A stretch of 62,965 bases of DNA, the filler included, from Perkinsus chesapeaki ATCC PRA-425 (Eukaryota; Protista; Perkinsozoa): assembly GCA_013115145.1 (NCBI GenBank). It is 7 parts of 7 records of this genome, joined end to end, with 100 filler letters (N's around TTAATTAATTAA, not from the genome) between each part and the next. Parts side by side here need not be neighbours in the genome. Positions count along the whole stretch, not along the records: positions 1 to 24,728 come from JAAPAO010000539.1; positions 24,829 to 43,142 come from JAAPAO010000668.1; 5 more parts are not named here. One strand, 5' to 3'. Under the pieces are notes generated by a model. That model did no database searches. It had not been told where the DNA came from and saw only the letters and a program-made list of their open reading frames with translations. Position 1 is the stretch's first letter, and each line of letters starts with the position of its first letter. The translations under genes and the position numbers were made by a program. Positions 23,368 to 35,273 of the stretch are shown piece by piece.

Positions 23368-24728
23368 CTCCATCACCACTTACATGTCATGTTGGCTCGT
23401 GGTTAGTCTCCCTTATCCAATGCTACTTGATGAGCATCCCTTATGTAGGGTTTAGGTCGCTCTAAAATACGTGGATATTTCAGTCAATACATTAGCATAA
23501 GTTGGCTATTTTTATACTTCAACTTCACTTGTGTACATGTGTTATTCTCTTTAAAAGAAGGTACCACAGGTGCAAGAATGCCTAATGGCTAGAGTATCCT
23601 TTTTTGTCTGCTTCAAAAAGGGTTGAGTTACGGAAGTTACAACATTTGCGGCCTCAATATGCGGAAGGCGGCATTGCACTTGTAACCGTTGTTATGCGGT
23701 GTTCAGCAGACCAAGTTAACCTACACATCGGCCCGACTCCTAGCTCCCAGGTCTCGTTTCTCTTGGATGATGCGTCCGTGAAGCATCACGCAGTGTGACT
23801 CATGCCAACATTCAGTCAGCAAATTTAGAGCAAGAATTCGCTTCATAATAGAGTTGAGCCGGATGAGTCTTTATTCGAGTAACAACCAGAAGCTGTGACA
23901 GAGCTCGAAGGCGTGTACGTGAGTGCACTGTAAGAGAATCTCGAAGCTCTTGAATGAATGAATAACTGCGCTACGAACAAAGGCCTACGCACGAACAACT
24001 GAGAACGACATTTTATCTGGATGCACACGACATGGCTTTCGGGTTGCTTGGATTACTAGTGTCGTCATCACACTATGAGTAGTCGGCCGTTGAATCACTA
24101 TGCCCGTTAGAATCTTGTGAACAGCAACTCACAAGCTCTAATATGAATACTTGAACCGTTTCATTTGCCATCATCTCTGGAGCGGTCTGTGTGGATAAGG
24201 TTCACTGGATACTTATCCTTAGAGTGGTTCAGATTATTAAAAGTGAACTGCATAAACCGGCGTATGAGTCGGATTTCTGGGGTCTCACTCGCCTTCTCGG
24301 AATCGAGTAAAGATCTTCCCTAATCCTTACTTGTCTTGTTATCACGAGTCGCTTTAGTTATGCTTTACATCCGTTGTAATCGTAGCTGAATCTTGAAATC
24401 TTGAGATCTTGCATTACCTCATTTAGCCGTTCCTGCGCTTCGGGGAAGCTGAGCACTTTGTCCTTCTATGCTTGAGAGTAGCAGATCATCATCATCATCA
24501 TTTCATATCTTTAATGGTATAATTTATATTCTCTCAGGTCTACCTGAGAAATTTGGTGATTGTAGGGTTAATGGATTCAGGGTACATGTCGGTTATTTCA
24601 TTTCGTTGTTATTCAGTTCAACAAGTGAGTTTAACTTACCCCGACTTTTCAAGCCATGTTCGCCGCTTCGACCGCTCTCGCCGCTTGTGAGCCCAGCTCC
24701 GCCTTCTTTGGTTTCATGGGTATCACCG

Positions 24729-24828
24729 NNNNNNNNNNNNNNNNNNNNNNNNNNNNNNNNNNNNNNNNNNNNTTAATTAATTAANNNNNNNNNNNNNNNN
24801 NNNNNNNNNNNNNNNNNNNNNNNNNNNN
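24729..24828. other. Assembly gap with artificial six-frame-stop linker
   Basis: 44 N + TTAATTAATTAA (24773-24784) + 44 N. Confidence 0.97.
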
Positions 24829-26033
24829 GTGTGCGTGCGGTACTCCCTTAATCTCTGGAGATTTCACAGCCGCTACATTCGCAAGCTCAATCCGCTTATC
24901 AGCGAACCACGTCAGTAAGGTGCGACAAACACGGACAGCGTACCACGACTGTCGGTCGTTGCAAAACAGGTGTTTCAAAGAATGTATTCTTACATCATGT
25001 AAGTTGCATGCGCGCCTTTGCTAATACCGTCGAATGGCCGCGTATAGTCTGCCTTAAACCCACAAGAATGTCCCACTATGTACATTTCCTCAACTACTAC
25101 TGCACTAAGGTTTATACTAAATTCGTAAGGGATGCATCGTGTCATCTTCTCCTACATGCCAACACATCATACTAGACGCATTTCCTGCCCTCTTCTCGGG
25201 GCCGAAGGAGTCCTTCGGAAGGACGTGCTTTTCCTAGGTACCGCTACTAAGTTACCGACTCAAATGACTGGTGTTGAAATAAGTGAATCCTCACACAGTC
25301 AGAAATGTGAGGGTTGCAAAAGCTCGAGTCCTCGGTGAAGGAAGGGAATGCAGCTGCTAATAGCAGCCTGCTATGATTCCCAATTATAATTTTGTGGTCC
25401 TATAAAAGGGCTTCGAACACCGAAGACAAAGCCGACCCTGACGATGGACAGAGGAGTCGCATTCCTTTGCCCTTATCACGCCTCATTTGGCTTTCGATCA
25501 GTTATGGCATTTGGCACATGTATTCTAAAGCTACGTGCCCTTGCCTAAGGTACTCCAAAGTTCGGATTCCAAACCAACAGGGACCGCGTCAAACGCTGTG
25601 AGTTGCTTCTTGCTTAACTGTGATACGAGTATATGCCACAGTACCCTGAGGAACATGAAGGGGGTTAGCTGCAAAACTCTGGTATATCCTCCATCTCAAT
25701 TTGCCTAAACAGGCAAATCCACTTGTCATGATGGCGTTGAGGAAGTGCAAGATTTATAAGGTGTCACAAGATCGCTGCTACGGAACCCCATGGTGAAAGC
25801 TTCTACTAGCACTGATAACCATGTGCTACTGTAACTAGGATTATTCTATCCTATAATGTACTGCTCCCGCTAAGTATATAATTTTAAGGATAAGTGGAGC
25901 TAGAGGTGTCAGAGGGCTAGAGGCATGCTGACGACCAGGAGGAAATTTCTAGCTATTACGGTTTTGAAAAATACAGCTCTACAGAGGTCCGAACCAGTCC
26001 AGAAAATTAATATTACTCCATTATGTTACCTCA

Positions 26034-26180
26034 ATAGTGCTACTTGTGCCTTTTGTATTATTATATTACCTTTATAGTGCTACTTGTGCCTTTTGTATTA
26101 TTATATTACCTTTATAGTGCTACTTGTGCCTTTTGTATTATTATATTACCTTTATAGTGCTACTTGTGCCTTTTGTATTA
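26034..26180. repeat. 40-bp tandem repeat, about 3.7 copies, ending 23 bp upstream of an ATG
   Basis: TACTTGTGCCTTTTGTATTATTATATTACCTTTATAGTGC units at 26041, 26081 and 26121, plus partial copies. Confidence 0.95.
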
Positions 26181-26203
26181 TCTCCATCTTTAACCTTCCA
26201 AAG

Positions 26204-27179
26204 ATGGCCAAGACATCTAATCGACAAAGTAATGATGTAGAGGCACCCGAGCAGCGGTACGTTGTCCCCAAGGTAAGTGTCCCCTTCTCCCGTATGACTC
26301 TTCCCCCATTGCGGCCGTCCTCAGGTTCACGGGGCGTCGGTGTGGCCCATATTTGGTCGTATTTTGGTATTAACAGTAACACTTGTAGTGTGTGCATTTG
26401 TCGCCATGACTTGGTAAGTGTTTAGTCCTCATATTGGTATCATTATATTTTTTATTAGGTACTGTGAGGGCATTACGTGGATCTACGATTACACCACCAA
26501 TAGTTGGCCGATCTATGACTGCCCGAATCTTTCTGAATCCTTTAAGATTCAGAATAGGAACTTCGCCGGTCGAACTTGTCGTATGGCTATCGCGTATAAC
26601 TATGAGACAGCTTACAATATGCAGAAGGCGGGCATTACAGTACCTTATGGCACAAAGCCTGAGAATGCTCTGGAGAGGTGTATATTACCACACGAGGCCA
26701 AGGATGATATTATGTGTTATTCTGTTAACCAATGCACCTACATGTGCCGTACTGCCGACACAAATCAGGATTGTCCCTATCCAGGAACTATTAACAAGGA
26801 TGAGACGGAGATAGCTGACAACGAGCAGTGTAATATATATGTTGCGAGTCAGACCTTTGCACAGACAATCGATTGTTATAAGGTAATAAAGATATGGGCA
26901 GGTTGAAGCGTGCATGATTCGCAATAGGTTGAAGTTGGTCCGTTCTGCGGTAGACAGTTCAAGGTGACACCTTCCAATATCCTGGTTATGAGAGGCATTA
27001 TTGTTGCCACTGTGTTTATGATTGTCTTCTGGTTCATCTCCGAGTTCGGTCTTCGGGCAACCGAGAAAGGTTTGAAGCAGGAGCAAGCTGAAGGTAAAGC
27101 TCGTATGGATATCGAGCTGCCATCTAAGAGAAAGTATTGCCGAAAACCGGCTTCCTTTCCTTCGACACTTCTTGTATAG
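26204..27179 (+). CDS. Two-TM membrane protein with Cys-rich ectodomain; probably continues downstream
   Basis: Spliced: MAKTSNR...VVPK|VHGASVWPIFGRILVLTVTLVVCAFVAM (TM1), a Cys-rich exon at about 26460-26882, then ...NILVMRGIIVATVFMIVFWFISEFGL (TM2). Confidence 0.65.
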
Positions 27180-28043
27180 ATTCCTCCGCGAACAAGTGGA
27201 GCAACGATGGTCCGATGAGGCACATTATATGTATTCGTTGGATCCTAGTGGTCCTCTCTGGGCGGGTGACATGACAGCACCTGCGGGACAGAGCGCTAGA
27301 GCTTCTGTTATCGCTCCTACAGTGAATAGTCCGGTCACATCGATGTAAGTAGTAACTCTTTTTACATCTTTCTGCATGTTTTGGTTTATTATGTCTTGGT
27401 TTTTGCCATCTATCTCCTCACTCATCTGTATCGGTATAGGTATCTATATTATTATCTTCATTACCATCTCCGATGTCAGGATTGGCGGCTACCCGGCAGG
27501 TATGACGGCCAGTGAATACAGCGAACAAGTGACGAAGAGCGGATTTAAAAGCCGATTGTAGGTTGCCTTTGCTGGTGCTGGCGCTGGCGGCGGCGGTGGT
27601 AATGTTGTTATGTGTTCAGGGAGTCGCGTGATCCTCGAAAACGGTTCGAGTCCTCGGCCTGGCAAAGGAGAATTGAACAGTACCGTACTTTAGGCAAAGA
27701 CAAGAAGGCGAGGTTCGTCGCCAAGGAGAACTTCCGTAAGGAGGGAGATGTTAAAAGATTCCAAATAGGTTGATACAGGTACCCTCCTTCTTAATGGCTT
27801 CTTTATTATACTTATTATCGTCTCTCAATATTGTATCTTATATTTTTCACCTCAAAATATGCATGCTCAAGAGACACTGTATGACGCCTTCGTGGGAGTG
27901 GTGTCTATTTGGGACGCCGTGTCGGCTCTCGATTGGATCATCTTCTTGGATGTGCTGCTCGATGTGGTATTGTTCTTTGCAGCAGCATGCGTTGTTAAAT
28001 GGCCGAAGCCGCCGGTAAGCTAATTAAGGCTTTGTTTATCACT

Positions 28044-28115
28044 TCCGTAGTGGCCTAGTGGTTGAGCGCCTGCACTCCCTCTCTAGAGGTCCCCGGTTCT
28101 ATTCCCAGTTTAGGT
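28044..28115 (+). pseudogene. Decayed tRNA-like element (A box and B box, broken stems)
   Basis: TCCGTAGTGGCCTAGTGGTT (A box) and GGTTCTATTCC (B box, 28095-28105) at tRNA spacing. The acceptor and anticodon stems do not pair. Confidence 0.55.
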
Positions 28116-28128
28116 ATTCTCTCGCCGT

Positions 28129-30149
28129 ATGCAGGAGGAACTCAAGGAGTCCGCTGGTGAAGGTGTAGATGAGGAAGGTGTCCCTCTGAAGAGCAACGAG
28201 CCTGTTATGGGCGCAGCGGTTTCGGTCGAAGATCAGCCCGCAGCGGTGCAAAAGGCAACACTTTTACCTCTTAATGGTGAAGATATCAGCGATGATGGCA
28301 GTGAGAGTGAAGACTCAGCTACAGTTGACTTTGTAAGATTCCAACCTTCGGTAGTAGCGGCTTTAGTATTGCTGGTGAGGTGTAGGTGCTTGGTCAAGCA
28401 ATGACAAGGGACGTTTGTTTGCTTATTGCCTGTCATAACTCATCGATGACAGAGGAGAGGTGGGTCTATAGTAGGAGGGTAACTGAGGGTGGTTCATGGG
28501 TGCTCGTGCTTTAGATATGAAGTATTCACTGGAACGCTAAGAGCAGCACTGATGGTGTTCCCACCTACGCACATCTTTGTGTGCGATAATGGTCGCGATG
28601 CCAAGCCTTTTGATGAGACACAGTGGGCGACGCAACAGGTAAGTTGCTGGTCGCCTGGAGCCGTCTGGGGTGGTGGTGGTGGCGGTGTTGTTGTTGTTAT
28701 TTGTTATTAAGGTTCATCCCGATATCAACTACCTTTACGTGCCGGAAGGTAACAAGACATTCGCCTTCTATTGGTGTAATAAGTATTGGATACCATTCCT
28801 TCATAAATGTGGAAGGGTGCCAGCATTTAAGTAGGTTCATGGAGATCTTAACTCTGTAGTCTACTACTTGGCCAGGTATGCTGTCATTATTGATGATGAT
28901 GTGCCTTTGCCAGCAGATCTCCATATCCCTCATCAAATGCTAGACCAAAACCCCAACATAAAGGTGAGCGATCGGTGGTGATGTCATATAGGGTACCATT
29001 CACTTATCTGTTCAGGCTGTACACTTCCCTATCACAGCAACAACACCCGATGGGCACCCGAACCAATTGGTGCGATGCCAGGATGTTGAGTACAAACTGG
29101 CCGCTGTACACAAACTGTTCCAGGCAACACTGGCGAGATGTCTCAGTTGTCACGGTGCTATTGCACTGTGGGACCGTCAAACTATGGATGAAGTGAGAAG
29201 TGGTAGTGGTTGACTTGGTGTATCGTCGGCGGGTCTCAGGTCTTCTACGAGCATGATACTGTGTTCAACGGTGAGGATCTTTATATGGGTTTGTCATTGC
29301 TGAGGAGGAGGGATGATTCCAAGATCATATCTGCACCACAAACTATTGTGCCTACCTATGCGCCTGATACCTGGTAAGATCACCAGGAGTTGAGGGAAAG
29401 TTGGTATGAATGTTGTTGATGTTTTAGGTCTATGTTGTACCGACAGCGTGTTAAGTCATGGGATGTCACGTCACATAAGAAGACCTTCACGTATCTCTAT
29501 GAGATCCTAACTCCACGTGGATGGTTCCATCTGGCAAGTTGGGTCCTCAAACCGTACTTCATCCAGGAGGTAGGAGTAGTCATGATGACCGCGCGCCTGG
29601 AAATGTGATTGGTGCTATTCAGTTCCTTACGATCATACTGGATTGGTTGAGAGCGTTCCTCCTGTGGGGTCTCATCATCCGTGATTGGATTACATTTGTT
29701 ATAATGTTGTTGGTCTTCACTGCCCTTCTTTATATTATGGTTGGTGTCTTCTATTTTATCGTCCTTCGAGACAGGCATGACCTTCGGCCTAAGGTATCCA
29801 CGGTTATCCTTTTCCCATGGTAGGTTGTTGACTCATTTGGCGACTTTGGCCTCTCGGCGAGTTCCTGTCTGTTGTCAGGTATCGGTTGTCGAGTCTGTTG
29901 TTCCGACTGGGTGCATTGTGCCAGAATTTATTGATATATTCCCACGAGAGGAAGGGTATCAAGATTGGTGTTCGCGAGGATGAGATAAGGGATATCCCCC
30001 CATGCCCGCCCCACCCAGATGTCGATTGGTTCACTGTCTGGACTTTGCCCGATGACGACAAGCCAAAGGCTGACTCGCAAACAGCAGCTGAGTCCTCGGC
30101 TGCTGCAGCGTCGTCGTCGTCGTCGAGGCCACCGACCGCTGCTAAGTAG
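28129..30149 (+). CDS. Processive GT2 glycosyltransferase (polysaccharide synthase-like), multi-exon, with C-terminal TM helices
   Basis: Spliced exons give LLIACHN, IFVCDNG, YAVIIDDD, CHGAIALW, FNGEDLYMG and RQRVKSWD, then hydrophobic helices. Stop at 30147-30149. Confidence 0.85.
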
Positions 30150-30442
30150 ATAAGGGTGGTGTTATAATTATTGTTGTCCAGTTAACTAATTTGACTTTAT
30201 TGCTGCGGCTGTTACGGGCTGGTGGTGTTGTTGTTATTGTTGTTGGTTTGATCGCCGTCATCATCATCACCACCTTATCTTTATCTCATCGTTGTTGTTG
30301 CATTATTGTGATTCCTCAAAGAGGAATGCTATCACTTGATTGCTGCTGTCTGGTTCATCATCATCAACCTTTCCTTTACTCCATGCTGCCTACATCACCA
30401 CCGCATCTTCGATTGTGTTATAATCATCATCACTCCGTCACT

Positions 30443-30541
30443 TGTCGTCGTCTGTTACCACCGCCACTAATAGGCAACAGCAATGGCGGGGTGTCGTCGT
30501 CTGTTACCACCGCCACTAATAGGCAACAGCAATGGCGGGGT
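30443..30541. repeat. 49-bp direct duplication inside a trinucleotide-rich low-complexity region (about 30190-31520)
   Basis: TGTCGTCGTCTGTTACCACCGCCACTAATAGGCAACAGCAATGGCGGGG at 30443 and 30492. Confidence 0.9.
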
Positions 30542-31762
30542 ATTCTATAAACTGGTTCCTTTATCTTCGTTACTAGTTTGGCTGCCGGAGTCCCTATGCT
30601 ACTCACAATTTGGCTACTATTTCCACACCACCACTACCACCAGACCGTGAACACCATAGCTCCGCTGTTGCTGCTGTTTGTGAGCTCATCTGTTAAGTAT
30701 GCTTTCACCATCATCCATACTTTTTACAGTGGGTGGACTACACTTCTATAGCTCTTCTTTTAAGTGCTTCGGGCTCGCTGCGAAGTTCGCTATGTTGAGA
30801 TTCATCATATGTTACTGTCATGCACTACAGGGAAAGTTAGTGCTATGTAACTTGACAACATTTAGACGCCCCCATTCCGCTCGTTGTTGTTTTTCTGGTG
30901 TTGATAAGTACATGACTGTAAGGTGACTTCTGTGCTAGTTTCTAGGAGTACTCAACAAAGGTATCATTAGCGTATCGAACAGAATCTACAACAATAAGAC
31001 AACCAGAGGAGTCAGTGACGTTTATTAGTGTTAGTTGTGATGAGAGGTTAGGATGCCATAGCGATCAGTTGTAAAGTGTTTGCCTGGTTGTTGTTATCAT
31101 CATCACTACTGTTGTTGTTGTCGTGTAACTGATTGTTTTTATACTTCTTCTATAGCACTATGGAAGACGCTTATGATCGAAGCGTTAACATTATCAATAG
31201 CAGCAGCAGCAGAGTTGTTAATAATAATATTTTCAAGTGTTCTCGTGGTTCCGGTATTGCTACTACTAGTAGTAACCATTGTTATCCTCCTAACACCCAT
31301 CTACACGTATATAATAATAATCGGATTTAGTGGTAAGTACTGCTACTGCTGTTATGATTGGGAATGTTACTATTATCATTGTGTTGTTCTTCTTCTTCCT
31401 CTTAACTATCTTGGTGCGAATGTATACTGTGATAACTGCTGTAATTGTCCATTAAATGCCATAGTTACTGGACAATTTGTTGTTGTTATGCGATGGAAAT
31501 AAGGAGTTACTAGTTTCGCATTATAAGCCTAGATTGAGTTGTTTTTACCAATCACCAAGTCGGGGTGAAAATGAAGATTATTTGAAGTCTGGGGGGTCGG
31601 AAATGCTAACTTAACGTCACGTATTTTCTTGGGTTTGTAGGACTTCGCCGGTGGTTTGATCTCTAGCGGTTCTGAAGTATGCGAGCTGGTTGTACAGAGC
31701 TATATAATATGGAGGTATTTCTCATAGGCAACGTGGATACTCTGTATCCACGATGCGGAAAA

Positions 31763-31836
31763 TACCCGATGCAGGATTCGAACCTACGACCATCTGCTCC
31801 GTAGGCAGACATTCTATCCAGCTGAACTAATCGGGC
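31763..31836 (-). tRNA. tRNA-Arg(ACG)
   Basis: The reverse complement GCCCGAT...TCTGC-CTACGGA-GCAGA...GTAGG-TTCGAAT-CCTGC-ATCGGGT-A folds into a 74-nt cloverleaf. Confidence 0.95.
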
Positions 31837-31905
31837 GCTAAATGCCATTGTGATACCTCGCTATGGATAAGCTGGCTCAACCACAGCATCTTCTCACATG
31901 TTTTG

Positions 31906-32938
31906 ATGGCCGGGGCAATAGCCCTTAGACGATCCTCTAGGCTCCATCCCCAAGTCGAAGAGTAAGCCATCTCTGCACTCTATCTCTGCACATCACTTTC
32001 ATAGCCGTCAACTCCATGAAGGAGGAAACGATGATGCTATCTCCGAGCCAAGGGAGAGTGTCACGCGCAGAGCCTCAGTGGAGGGTACACAGCGTTAGCC
32101 TACATGAAGATTGTAAGGCCTGCGTGATTAGGTCGTGACAAGCGACGTAGAAGAAGTTCACTGATAGGCTCGCCTGGTGGGGTGTCTCATCAGAAGACAG
32201 ATTCAATACGGAGCCGATGCCGGAGAAGTTCACGGCTGGGCGGCAGAAGGGAGACGAGTGTTACGAAGTTTACAACACCGCAAAGGCTACTCGGACAAAT
32301 GGAATCTCCGCAGGAGGTGGGCGTTGAGATGCCTAATTCGATGGTGGAGAGCTACAGTTCAGCTATCGGAATGGTGGACCAGCGACTACGAGGCTTGTCC
32401 GCCTTACTTTGCTCACGAGAATCATCCTTTGTACGACATGAGATACTCACCCCCGAGCAGCGAGGACCGCCATTGGCGTAGAATAATAAGAAAGTCGACG
32501 AGAATTCGAGGCGAGTGAGAACCGAAAGCAAGTGTGTTATGCCTCAGTCAGATGCTTGTATAGGGCGGCGACGACGGCGCAGCAGTTTGGGGTCGAGGCG
32601 GAGCAGCATGTCCAGCGTGTTCTCAGATGTCGGAATGTTCGATCATTCTTATGTTGCAGCTGCCCCGGCAGGTACCGGGGGCAGAGGAATTCAATCAACT
32701 AGCGTTGATGAGCCTGGCAGAACTAGAGCGAGTCCTCGACGATGACGAGAACAAAGCTGCAACGCCTCAGGGAAAGGATAAACCGCCGACAAGACGGCAA
32801 CCACGAGGAGCCACGGACCAAAGTGCGAGTCGTCGGCGATGCTCCGTGAATTGTCTGTTCAGCCCCGGAGGTGATGGCGGCCAGGAGAAGTACTCGCCTA
32901 CGACCTCCAAGTCCTCGAAGATCCCGACGATGCAGTAA
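31906..32938 (+). CDS. Hypothetical multi-exon protein
   Basis: ATG at 31906 with a GTAAGC donor and several GT-AG-bounded segments. No recognisable domain. Confidence 0.3.
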
Positions 32939-33128
32939 TCGCAATGAGGACTAAGCCTGGTTGATGGTTATGAATTAAATCGTTGATGATGCTTAAGTGT
33001 ATCATTGTTAAATACAGCTTATATCGCTGCTGTGCTACGGCAACAGACGGAAGTCTCATGGAAGCAGTCCATGTTGAGTTGTTAAACTGGACCCATTCGA
33101 GTCAGTCAGTACATTATTTATTTTTTCA

Positions 33129-33667
33129 ATGAGCGCTGCATCCAAACGACCATCGAAGATTTCATCTGGGCGAGACTTCGCCAAAGTATTTCTCGCGACC
33201 GTGTGTTCCCATTGAACTATGTCGTTTCTCAGAGCTCTCGTGGTTCGCTGCGGCCTCATCATCATCATCAGCAAGTAATGCCCGACTGGGAGCGAAACGA
33301 GTATCGAAGGCTTATCCAGCGGATATGTCGGCACCACAAGGACGTCGTGGAGCCCTTCATCAATCCGGTCCCGAAGAATGTCCCGCGTTATTATGATGTT
33401 ATATCCACTCCTATGGATATAGGAATGATACGTGAGAAGCTAGACAGCTTCGCGTATGCCTCCCGCGCTGAATTTGAGGGTGACGTTCGCCAAATGCTCA
33501 GCAACGCTTATCTCTACAATAGTCCGGGCGAGTACGTCTTTGAACGAGCGCTTGAGTTTCACGACCTCTTCAATGAGCAAATGAACAACACTGTGGCGGC
33601 AGTGCTGGAGAAAGCTGTCCAGGAGGAAGAAGCTGTTATGAAGACTAAGAGACGAAGAAAAGCATGA
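33129..33667 (+). CDS. Small stand-alone bromodomain protein (2 exons, about 163 aa)
   Basis: Exon 33129-33185, intron 33186-33232, then an in-frame exon with PFINPV...PRYYDVISTPMDIGMIREKL...AEFEGDVRQMLSNAYLYN (conserved Asn). Confidence 0.9.
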
Positions 33668-34423
33668 TGACGATTTATTATTAATGAAGCGTTTGGTCGG
33701 GGGAGTTTAACTATATTGTGTTGATAGTTCCCCTACTTATGAATACTGTGTGTTAACGATTAAACAAGGTAACCAGACAGCACGTAATAGTAGCTGGAGG
33801 TAGGTTGACGTATTACTCATCATTCTTCTGATACAGTATCTTTGCCTTCGCGAGCCTATCCTCAATCAACACAACAAGTGTACATGGGTTAAGCATCTGT
33901 GTCCAGCGGGTCGAGTTAACACAGACACTGCCGCCATACATTTTAATGAAGAACCGGTTCCGGTTCGAACTCCAAGCACTCGTGCTTTCCAACTCATTAC
34001 TATTTTACATTCTATACGAGTAAAGCTAAACCTTTCACCTCTACCCCCTTGCTCGTGATCTATGGAAGGTAGGTGAGTATCCGAAGTTCAGGATTCACTT
34101 TAACCTTCAACGGTTAGTGTGACAGTAAAAGTTTGCTAATGTCATCGTGTTCATTCGCACTAATAAACACAATGCTGATTTCGTTATTAAATACAGTCAA
34201 GAAGACTTTCATGCGAGCTGCCAAATAATACGTCACAACCGCCGCCCAGTCGTTCGGACTTCTTTTCGTTATACCTTAAATGTAACGATAAGGTAAACAA
34301 ACATCCGGCTTACCATCGACGCCGCAACTCTGAGCAAACCCGCCACGCACGAGGGTCCACCAGCGCCTTCTGGCTTCTAGAACGCTTCTCCGCCAAACGA
34401 AGGAGAGCGAACTGCTCAAGTAC

Positions 34424-35123
34424 CTACCAAAGCTTCACTGCGGAGCCCCGCACAGCAGATCTTACCGTCATCTTTGACGGCGGCCGAATGATTTCTCTCT
34501 CTGCTGACCCCTCCGATGAGGAGCACACCTCGTTCACACTGTCAGTTGCTAATGGGCTCCAGGTGGCGCTCTGGTAGTTAATAAGCCGTGGAAGGGCTAG
34601 GTCCGGGACGCTGCACCCGCGGCAAAGAAGAGCGTCAGATTTGGGTCTCGGCAGTCGGGGGGAATACTCCTCTTCGCTATCGTAGCAACTGGATGTTGCT
34701 CGCTCGGTGCATCGCTTCTCTCTTGCCATCCATGGCATTGAGAAGTACCTAACCTGCATCTTCTCAGAGTTCGCCTGGGAACGGCTATACGGCGACTTCA
34801 CTCTTCGGTGGTCCTTCGATGATTTACACGGTAGCCGTCGTAGCTGTCGTCTCGACTTCGGGCGTGGCATGCTTGCGCTCCAATCTGGCCAAGTGCTATC
34901 TGATGATAACAAAAGGGAATCGACGCCAAGGAGCGCGAGAACCCCTACAGTAGCCCTCTTCGACGGAGGAGCTGTCTTCGCTCTTTACAGTGCTGTTCGG
35001 ACTGCTAATAAAACTCCACCGCGTCGTAGTCGTAGCTGCGGTCGGTGTTCGCCGTTGCACTTTCGAGGAGGTATTGACTCTTAAGCCAGGATGAATCATA
35101 CGGTTTCGTTTCCTGGCAACCAC
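34424..35123 (-). CDS. Hypothetical multi-exon protein; ends uncertain
   Basis: Overlapping protein-like ORFs 34896-35123 and 34424-34912 with splice-like signals. Confidence 0.3.
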
Positions 35124-35273
35124 TAGTGTAACAAACTCAACTGCATAATCGATTAGTGAAAAACTCAGATGTAGGCGGCGGCTACCCCCCGCTGATAGGC
35201 GGTATCAAGGCCAATTCATCGCCAGCTTTTATATAGGTCGTGGTCTCTTCATCCAAGGCGACATAGTTATCAT

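Noticed and set aside
24773-24784. TTAATTAATTAA repeated six times in the window as a biological motif
   Set aside because: It is always centred in exactly 44+44 N and gives stops in all six frames, so it is an assembly linker. Adjacency across these gaps was not used as evidence.
27640-27655. B-box-like GGTTCGAGTCC as a tRNA
   Set aside because: No A box or cloverleaf is present around it.
30190-31520. Long hydrophobic or Cys-rich ORFs (30191-30550, 31080-31502)
   Set aside because: They arise from TGT/CAT/TAC microsatellite-rich sequence and have no domain signal.
31763-31836. tRNA-Arg as a bacterial horizontal transfer because of its CAGCTGGATAG D-loop
   Set aside because: There is no encoded CCA and no bacterial context. 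A D-loop resemblance alone is not evidence without a phylogeny.
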